Source: an uncultured Planctomycetaceae bacterium (GTDB lineage: Bacteria > Planctomycetota > Planctomycetia > Pirellulales > PALSA-1355). Taken from it: a DNA stretch of 64,000 nucleotides. The position numbers were made by a program, and so were the translations under genes. Below are positions 56,273-64,000 of this stretch, in pieces (position 1 is the stretch's first letter; every line of letters starts with the position of its first letter). The DNA is taken from the NCBI GenBank assembly GCA_963785305.1, contig CAWAUV010000006.1:1-64000 (forward strand), given 5' to 3'. Under the pieces are notes generated by a model. The model did no database searches, was not told the origin of the DNA, and saw nothing but the letters and a program-made list of their open reading frames with translations.

Positions 56273-57754
56273 ATGCTCATTCGCCGCTCTGCCCGCGGGC
56301 CCGTGATCGGCCCGCTGGTCGCCCTTGTGTCGCTCGCCGCGGCGCTGTTGGCCGGTGGTTCGCTGGCGCCGGCCGCCGAGCGAGCGCCGAACATCGTTAT
56401 TATTCTGAGCGACGATCAGGGTTATGCCGATATCGGCTGCTACGGCGCCGAAGGCTTCACGACGCCCAATCTCGACCGCATGGCCGCCCAGGGCACGCGA
56501 TTTCAAGAGTTTCATGTCGCGTCGTCGGTCTGTTCGCCTTCGCGGGCGGCGCTCATGACCGGCTGCTATCCGCAGCGAGTCGGGCTGCCGGTGGTGCTCG
56601 AAGCCGATTCGGCCATCGGCCTCGGTTCGGCCGAGGATACCTTGCCCGAACTGCTCAAACGGGCCGGCTACGCGACCGGCATGGTGGGCAAATGGCACTT
56701 GGGCGATCGGCCGCAATTTCTGCCGGTGCGGCATGGCTTCGATGAGTATTTCGGCATTCCTTATTCCAACGATCAGTGGCCGCGGCATCCGACCAAGAAG
56801 ATATTCTTTCCCGATCTGCCGCTGATGGAGCAAGATCGGGTCGTGGAATACAATCCCGACCAATCGCAGCTTGTGCGCCGCTATACCGAGCGCGCGGTGC
56901 GATTCATCGAGCGCCATCGCGATCGGCCGTTCTTCTTGTATCTGGCCCATCACAGTCCGCATGTGCCGCTCGGTGTGTCCGAACAATTTCGCGGCCGCTC
57001 GAAACGCGGAATCTATGGCGACTCATGCATGGAGCTCGATTGGTCGGTGGGCGAGGTGCTCGATACGCTCAAGCGGCTGGCGCTCGACGACGACACGCTC
57101 GTGATCTTCTTCTCCGACAACGGCCCCTGGCTCAGCTACGGCGCGCATGGCGGCTCGGCCAAGCCGCTGCGCGAAGGCAAAACCACGAGCTACGAAGGTG
57201 GATTCCGAGTGCCCTGCATCATGCGTTGGCCGGGCCATGTGGCCGCCGGACGCGTGTCGCTCGAACTGACCACGGCGATGGACCTGTTGCCCACGCTAGT
57301 GAAGCTGGCCAAGGCCCCGGCGCCGGCCAAGCCGATCGATGGCAAGGATATCTGGCCGATCATGGCCGGCGAACAAGGAGCGAGAAGCCCCCACGACGCG
57401 TTTTATTATTACAATGCCTGGAGTTTGGAAGCGGTGCGCTCCGGCCCCTGGAAACTGGTGCTGCCGCACACCCGCTACGCGCTCGTCGAACCGGGCGCCG
57501 ATGGGCTACCCGGCAAACACGAATGGGCCACGTCGCCCCTGGCGCTGTATGATCTGGTGAACGATCCGGGCGAAACGGCCGATGTGGCGCTCGAGCACGC
57601 CGACACAGTCGAGCAATTGCTCAAGCTGGTTGCCGCGGCTCGCGATGATCTGGGCGACGGCGCGATGCGGGTGAACCCGGAGAAGAAGGATTTCTTTCAG
57701 GCGCGAAAGCTGTACCGGATTCCGGGCAAGAACAATCGCCCACCGGGTCGGTGA
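56273..57754 (+). CDS. Arylsulfatase (formylglycine-dependent, family S1)
   Basis: PNIVIILSDDQGY, CSPSRAALMTG, GKWHLG, SDNG, YEGGFRVP, LYDL..DPGE. Confidence 0.93.
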   Translation: MLIRRSARGPVIGPLVALVSLAAALLAGGSLAPAAERAPNIVIILSDDQGYADIGCYGAEGFTTPNLDRMAAQGTRFQEFHVASSVCSPSRAALMTGCYPQRVGLPVVLEADSAIGLGSAEDTLPELLKRAGYATGMVGKWHLGDRPQFLPVRHGFDEYFGIPYSNDQWPRHPTKKIFFPDLPLMEQDRVVEYNPDQSQLVRRYTERAVRFIERHRDRPFFLYLAHHSPHVPLGVSEQFRGRSKRGIYGDSCMELDWSVGEVLDTLKRLALDDDTLVIFFSDNGPWLSYGAHGGSAKPLREGKTTSYEGGFRVPCIMRWPGHVAAGRVSLELTTAMDLLPTLVKLAKAPAPAKPIDGKDIWPIMAGEQGARSPHDAFYYYNAWSLEAVRSGPWKLVLPHTRYALVEPGADGLPGKHEWATSPLALYDLVNDPGETADVALEHADTVEQLLKLVAAARDDLGDGAMRVNPEKKDFFQARKLYRIPGKNNRPPGR

Positions 57755-57819
57755 ACGATTGCCGGGGAGCGCGTTCGGGCGAGTCGTGGTTGGCAAGCGT
57801 TGGTCGCAAGTGAGCTCGC

Positions 57820-58149
57820 ATGGAACTCGACGACGAGCTTTGCCTCTGTTTTCATGTAACGAAGCGCAAGGTGATCAACTACCTTCGCGTCGAGCGACCG
57901 CTGCGCGTGGGTCAACTCAGCGATTGCTTCGGCGCCGGCACGGGCTGCGGATGGTGCCGGTCCTACCTGGCGAAACTGTTTCGCGAAGCGAACTGGGGGG
58001 GAGCGGCCGGGCCGGGAGCGCGCCCGGCGCCGGCCGCGGCAAAACCGGATCTCTCACAAGCGGAGTATGCCCGCCAGCGAGCCGCCTACATCCGGCAAGG
58101 CGGAGGAACCCCACCCCCGGGCGCGACTCCGATCGACCTCGAAAGCTGA
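57820..58149 (+). CDS. BFD-like [2Fe-2S]-binding protein
   Basis: CLCFHV...AGTGCGWC. Confidence 0.8.
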   Translation: MELDDELCLCFHVTKRKVINYLRVERPLRVGQLSDCFGAGTGCGWCRSYLAKLFREANWGGAAGPGARPAPAAAKPDLSQAEYARQRAAYIRQGGGTPPPGATPIDLES

Positions 58150-58179
58150 CCGGAACATTGGAAAAAGCGAGCTCGCTGC

Positions 58180-61100
58180 TCATCGGACGGCGACCGGCGA
58201 CCCGGCGGTACCCGTCGGCTTGGCCGGAGTGTTCGCGTCGAGCGCCCGCGCGATGCTTCGGCCCGCTCGATCACTTCCTCGGGCTCGAGCGTGACATGGC
58301 GCGACAGACACAACGCGGTTTTCAGCTTGATCGGTTTTTTGAGCCCCATGTCGGCATTGTGGAAATAAAACACCCCCTGGGGAAGTGAACCGATATCGGC
58401 CGCGTCGCCGCCACGATTCTTGATCTGCTGGCGGATCACGTCTTGACCGGCCGGCGAGCTGTTCTTGCCGTAGTAATGCGTCGAACAGTTGCCGATGATC
58501 GTGTTGGCGATTTCCTTCGGGTTTTGCGTGGCGAAGACAAGACCCAGGTGGTACTTTCGAGCCTGCGCCGCCAGCCTTTCGAGGCTCGCGCGGCACGGCG
58601 ACGAGCGGACCGACGGCACGAAATCCTTCGCTTCGTCGATGACCAAGAGCCCGCGAAGCGAGCGACCTTCCGGTCGCGGATTCTTTTTGATCCAAGCAAA
58701 CAGCGTCATCGCGAGCCGATTGAGAAACATCTGCTGCGATTCGAGCGACGGCATTCCGACGAAATTGATGACCGAGATTCGCGTCCGATCGCCCGACTTG
58801 CGGGCATCGCCAAAGAGCACCGCCGGATCGAACGACGCCCCGGCCCGATCGAAATTTGGGTCCTTGGCGCGTTGCGATTGCAGGTCGTCGGCCATTTCCT
58901 TGGCATAGCGCGTTTGATTTTGAATGCCGCTGCCGGCTTCGGCGGGCAGATCGTCGAGAATCTCGATCAAGGTGGTGAGGGACGAGCCGTAGGCATGGGT
59001 TGCGATGAAACGCAGCGCAGCGCTCGAAGAGGCCCGCCTTCCGTCCCACCACCGCGCCGCGGCCCGGGGCAACGATCGGCAGCAGCAATTCTCGCGTTGC
59101 TTCGATCGCGGCTTGCAGGTCGTCGGGATCATCGCGAAAGGCGGTCAGATCGGGCAGGGCATCGAACTGCAGCGGATTGCCGCGCGAACTGTTGGGCGTC
59201 CACACAAGGACCTCGCCGCGGCGATGATAAAGCTCCGCTTTTCGAGCGTCGCCATCGTTCCAAGCCTCGGGCGGCCGCGGCCAACGATCGCCGAGCGCCG
59301 CGAGATCGTTGGCGCCGTCGATGGCAATGGTGGGGATGCCTAGGATCGCGCATTCCTCGATGATGCGTTTAAGCAGCACCGTCTTACCGGAGCCGGCCCC
59401 GGCGAGAACGACCGAATGTTTTTCCAAGAACTCGACCGGCATCATCAGGGGCGTCGACGTTCCAAGCGTGGTCGTGAAGCCGATCGGGATCGCGGATGGC
59501 TTCGGGCAGGACGCCACGGCGGGCGGCGCCGATCCTTCAAGTGGCTTCTCCACGTTCGGGTTTTCGACCGGCTTCATGGGTCCCGAATTGACCGGTTGTT
59601 CTCGCGGCGGATCGATCGAGCCATTCGCGATTTGTTCCGGCGAGCTACCTCCGCATAGCTTGGGCGTCAGTTGCTTAAAGAGCGGCAACGAAGACGCATG
59701 CCGCCGCGCTTTCAACCAATCATCGAGCGCCGGCGACGCCTCGGTATATACGGCGTGCAGCGCGAAAAGCGTTCTCAACTCGTTCTCGTCGGCAGCGTGC
59801 CACAAGCCGCCACGGCTAGAGAATTCTTTCACGAGTTGCTCTGTAAGCGGGCCGCCCGGCGTCTTCCGACTCCGCAGGCACATGGCCCGACGAAACGCGA
59901 GGCCCCCCTGAATGCCAGAGGCCGTCATCACGCCTTTGATCCGATACTGAAACGCGTTGGCGTTTTCACGTTCGATGGCGCGGAGGCAAAAATGCTCCTC
60001 GCGATCGTTCCGCGAATGATCGATGAGCCGGATGTGCGCATGGAGCGGCGGAGCGGTGCGTCCGCCGGGAAATTCATCGATCAACGCGTCGAGTTCGCTC
60101 GGAAGCGAGACTTCGTGCAACAGCGCGCGGCAGGCAGTCACGAGCAGCGGTTGCAGCCGCTCCTCTTCCATCGACTGCTCCAAGAGAACGCGAATATCGG
60201 CTTTCGCGAAATTCTCGGCAAACTTTCGATCCAGGCTCTCCAGATATCCGGCGGGGTTCAGTTCCGGGCCCCGGCCATCGAGCGGCCATTTCTTTTGGGT
60301 CAAACATCCCTTGCGGCGGGCGTCGCACATTTTCAATATCTCGCGCGGCGTGGCATGTTGCATCCGCGCGAAGTCGGCGTCGTCGAAGGGCCACAGCGGT
60401 TCCAGGGCGCGAACTCGGCCGTCTGATGCCCTGCAAGAACGCGCGGCGCGATGATCTCCTTGGCCACGTCGGTCGATGAAATCGCTGTCAGCGTGCGCGG
60501 CGCTTCGAAGCGATCGACGTTGCTTTGCAGAGTTTGCGTAAGCTCGATCCAAGACGCTTCCAAACAGGAAACAATCGCAAATGTGTACGACGTCTTATCA
60601 CGCAGCGCGCCAAGCCCCGCCGAGATGCTCGCCAAGATGGCGCGCGCTTTGAGCAGTTCGGGCGAGTTTTCATCGCCTTGGCATTGCTGCTGTGCGCTGA
60701 GCACCGCGATGATCGGGTCGAGCTGATCAAACGCCAGCACCGTCGGCCCGCAAAGGCTCATCAGCCACGAAAGGGCCCGCACGATCGAGAGCGGTTTTTC
60801 TTGTCCTTTCGCAAATCCGAGCGTGGAGCGGCAAGCTTCGTCGACGGGGTTGCCCTGCAACCAGGAAAATCCCGCGGCCTCGATGTCGGCATGGCTGGAA
60901 TTGATCGCGATGAGCGCTCGAATGACATCCAGGTGCGGCACGGCTTCGACGCGGTGTACGATCCCGACATGTTTCACGACTATCGCAATATTCTTCACGA
61001 GCTGCGCGGGCTTGCATCCGCGGAGCCCCTGGAGAGCCCATTGCGTGCCCCGTCGGATTTTCAAAGTGTCGAGGAAACGCTCGAGAAGGATATTTTGCTG

Positions 61101-61508
61101 GCAGCGGCCCGTGGCATCGGCGACGCGCAAATAGTTGAGATATCCTTGCAGCACCGTCTCCCAAAAGTCGCTCACATCGGTCATGTCGACGAGCACGAAT
61201 TGACATTTTCGAGCCAGGGCCTCCCGGCGGCAGATCGAAAGCCAATGGGTTTTTCCGCTGCCCGCCGCGCCGATCACGGTCCAGCCGAGCGGAGACGACT
61301 TCGTGGAATCGAGCAGCAGAGCCTCGAGCCGTTCGCTGTATTCCTCGCGGAGTTGGGCATTGAGCGCTGGCACATCGTGCGGCGGATCCTGCCAAACGCC
61401 GCGGAGCAACATCGTCCAATCGAAATTCATCGCCCGCAGTGCTTTTAATTCAGTCGGCGTGAGCGGCCGGGCGGAGCGAGATACCGTGTCACTGGCGGAA
61501 ATCATCAT
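58180..61508 (-). CDS. ~1100-aa double P-loop protein: N-terminal AAA-like ATPase plus C-terminal HerA/DUF87 ATPase (frameshifts near 60410-60445, 59000-59040 and possibly 58250)
   Basis: GAAGSGKT + VLAFDQLD; LAGAGSGKT + AIDGANDL + LLVIDEA + QARKY + FATQNP. Confidence 0.8.
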
Positions 61509-61590
61509 GGGCGATCCTTCGAGGCTAATAACGCTGAATCGTTGACTTCGCTTTTTTGGAACCTCTGGTCCGCGGCGGGCAAATCCGCCG

Positions 61591-62265
61591 TTATTCCGGA
61601 CGTGAGAGGTAGAGAATATGTCGCTTGTCGTGGCTGCCTGTTTCCAGCGCGGCGGCGGCGTCGCGGGGCGTGATTTCATGGAATCGATCGAGGCGAAACA
61701 TTTTGATCCGTTGCGAGTCGGCCAGTTCCCAGAGCGTCTGGTCCACCTGCTCGCGCGGCACATCGGCCATGGAATCGCGAATGTCGGCCAGCCGCACCCG
61801 GGATTCGTATACTCCATCGCTCAATCGCTCGCACTCGGCGATGATCCTCGCTTTGAGATCGTGGTTCATTTCGCGCTTTGAACCGCGCTCTGGTTCAAGC
61901 GCCGGCCGGGGTCGGCAGAAATCGGCGAACGAAAAGTCGCCGTTGGCGATGCGAGCGTTCAGCCTCGCCATTACTTGACGCAGAATCGCCAGCGCGGCGG
62001 AGTCGCGTCGCGGGATATTGCCCTCCAGATTCTCCGCGGCCCACCGCCAGCCCTGGTCGAGCAGGGTCAAATGCAACACCGCGGGGCCTTTGCCTTCGAC
62101 CTTGCGCCGCTTTTCGACTTGAATGAGTCCGGCGTCGACAAGCGACTTGCGCCGAGCGGCTTCGAGTGTTGGCTTCAGATCGGTATTCCAGCACTCGCCG
62201 CCGCTCAAGAGCAGCCACCAAATTCCCAGGAGCTGGTTTCCGGTGAATTCGAAGTTGGTATCCAA
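61591..62265 (-). CDS. Hypothetical protein with two probable winged-helix domains
   Basis: SLVDAGLIQV..LTLLDQGWRW and VRLADIRDSM..REQVDQTLWEL..RI. Confidence 0.65.
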   Translation of the reverse strand: MDTNFEFTGNQLLGIWWLLLSGGECWNTDLKPTLEAARRKSLVDAGLIQVEKRRKVEGKGPAVLHLTLLDQGWRWAAENLEGNIPRRDSAALAILRQVMARLNARIANGDFSFADFCRPRPALEPERGSKREMNHDLKARIIAECERLSDGVYESRVRLADIRDSMADVPREQVDQTLWELADSQRIKMFRLDRFHEITPRDAAAALETGSHDKRHILYLSRPE

Positions 62266-62308
62266 AATTTACCTCCCCGCAAGGCGAACATGCGAAACAG
62301 CCCGAGGT

Positions 62309-63424
62309 TCACGACGTTAAACTTGCGTCCGACCGACGAAACGCCACGAAGGTCCGCACTTTTTCGAGCGCCGCGTCGATATCGCGAAGCACTTCCTCGT
62401 GCGGCAGTCGCAGAACCAAATAACCGCTGACGACCAACTCGAAGTCGCGAGCCCGATCGCTGGCGAACAACGCGCGTGTCGAATGCCAGCGATAACCGTC
62501 CACCTCGACGACGATGCGTTCTTCTCTTGCGACCAAATCGCCGAGAAACCGGCGCCCGAAACACGATTCGACCCATTGATTGAACTCGAACAGGCCATGC
62601 AACGCGGGGTCCGCTCCGATCGCGGCGGCCAGTAGTTGCTCGCCTTCGCTGAGCGGATGTGGCCGGCCAATCAGCGGCGTCAGCAACGATTCACGCGCCG
62701 AGCAGCCTTGAGCACGGGCGCTGCCCGCTCGGTGGATATCGCATGCTTCGGCATCGGGCGCCGCGTGGCGTGGAGGCGCATCGTCGGCGCCGCGGCGCAT
62801 GTGGATAGCGCGGTAACTCACGCTATCGAGCTCCGATGAATCCGCGGCGCAATCGGGCCCCACGACGACGACCACCGCTCCCGTCGTGCCGGCGATCCAT
62901 TCGGCGACTCGCGCCAAGCGGCGCAGCGCCAGAGCGAGCGCCAGTTGCGATGCCTCGACAGCGGCCGGAAATTCACGGCAGCGCGGAGCCACGGCTCGTT
63001 GGCAGTTCGCCGTGGCTCGCTTTAGCCACGCATCGCTTACTTCGCGACGTGTGCCGGCGGCGCGCGACCTCTCCAACAATGTGTGTTCAAAGCATTCGCC
63101 GCCGACGCCTGCCTGGCTCGTTCCCGAGGAGTACCAATCAGGCCAAAGCGCGAGGCCGAGCCGCGCGAAGCAGTCGAGCGACTCGTCGATCAGATCGCGT
63201 CGCGAGTGCGTTAGGGTCCATTCGAGCAGCAAAATGCGAGTGTCGCGGTCGAGTAGCTCGCCGACTCTCTCGACGAGGGCGAGGGTTTCGCCGACTTCCT
63301 CAGTAAACACGAGTTGCACGGCGCCAGCTTCGAGCGATCGAAGCACGCTCGACAACCGCGCGACGTTTTCCGCGGCGACGGATGCTTCCTGTAACATGGC
63401 AAACATTCCATGAGCCAGCGACAC
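62309..63424 (-). CDS. DUF559 (Vsr-like PD-(D/E)XK) endonuclease-domain protein with uncharacterised N-terminal region; start uncertain
   Basis: SEGEQLL..FEFNQ..GDL..VVEVDGYRWH..DRARD..GYLVLRL. Confidence 0.78.
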   Translation of the reverse strand: MSLAHGMFAMLQEASVAAENVARLSSVLRSLEAGAVQLVFTEEVGETLALVERVGELLDRDTRILLLEWTLTHSRRDLIDESLDCFARLGLALWPDWYSSGTSQAGVGGECFEHTLLERSRAAGTRREVSDAWLKRATANCQRAVAPRCREFPAAVEASQLALALALRRLARVAEWIAGTTGAVVVVVGPDCAADSSELDSVSYRAIHMRRGADDAPPRHAAPDAEACDIHRAGSARAQGCSARESLLTPLIGRPHPLSEGEQLLAAAIGADPALHGLFEFNQWVESCFGRRFLGDLVAREERIVVEVDGYRWHSTRALFASDRARDFELVVSGYLVLRLPHEEVLRDIDAALEKVRTFVAFRRSDASLTS

Positions 63425-63780
63425 GAAGCCGGTTGCGGACTCGGGCCTCGCTGTCCATCCGACAAGGCCCCTTCGCTCCTGTCGGTCGCGGCATTTGCTT
63501 CACGAAGACGCAGGCTCGCTCCCCGCCGCTCCATCGACTGCGGCGACTCAAAGTCGATGGCGACTCGCGCGTTCGTGAAACACAAGGCAAGGTTGCGATC
63601 AGCCAACAATGTAGGGCTTGAGTCGACGAGCGTCAATTTTTTCGTGACCGCTCCCAATGGGAGCAGTCAGGCGATCTGGTGAAGAATCGCTCGTTGGGAG
63701 TGAACCCGCTCGAAATCGGGCAGCTTGGCGCCGAGATCAGAAACGCCAGCAGCCAGTCGAATATTTTGACGGGCTGGTAG

Positions 63781-63929
63781 CAGCCTGTTGAAATGCTCAA
63801 CAGGCTGCGCCGCCGCATGGATGCGGTGTCAAAATAACGACCTAAGTCGTTATTTTGCGAGCGGCGACGAGCTTTGCTCGGCGCTTGGCGAGGTTGAAAA
63901 ATGCCACGATGGCATTTGTCAACAGGCTG
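63781..63929. mobile_element. 149-bp MITE family A, copy 2
   Basis: CAGCCTGTTGA...TCAACAGGCTG flanked by GTAG and CTAG; homologous to 2705-2853. Confidence 0.78.
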
Positions 63930-64000
63930 CTAGGGCGTCGCCCCGGCTGCTGGCGCGCGCGGGCTTCGCGGGCCGAGGGGGTTTGGCGACGGGTTTCTTT

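Noticed and set aside
1354..61508. Numerous frameshifts suggesting mass pseudogenisation or programmed recoding
   Set aside because: They hit essential genes (rpsP, mraY, murG, murE) at scattered positions while protein motifs stay intact, the pattern expected from uncorrected long-read indels.

Overview
GC-rich bacterial chromosome segment, very probably a planctomycete (Pirellulales-like). Evidence: LExRxLL leader plus dockerin-like protein, DUF4159/MoxR-DUF58-BatA cluster, QFSLR-type membrane anchor, sulfatase. Many genes, including essential ones (rpsP, mraY, murG, murE), are split by single-base indels, which most likely reflects long-read assembly error; gene limits below are stitched across these breaks. 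Core content: a truncated cell-wall cluster (murE-murF-mraY-murG) followed by dxr-rseP; ffh-rpsP-trmD-rplS; galT with a GH57 enzyme; a MoxR/VWA operon; a giant S53 peptidase; a CheB/CheR-histidine kinase-receiver gene broken by a complete Mutator-like IS and an in-frame stop. The most interesting accessory parts are: (1) a three-gene operon of DUF559-type nuclease, tandem winged-helix protein and ~1100-aa double ATPase (AAA plus HerA/DUF87), a candidate undescribed defence system; (2) an ABC-type ATPase plus DUF3226/TOPRIM pair inserted inside the MoxR operon; (3) an internally deleted IS110/IS1111-type element that keeps its ends and its putative guide-RNA region; (4) three families of miniature inverted-repeat elements, including two apparently identical 185-bp MITEs bracketing a two-gene cassette; (5) a strongly structured intergenic region between murF and mraY. 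No tRNA, rRNA or CRISPR array was recognised. All family assignments come from motif recognition by eye, not from database searches.
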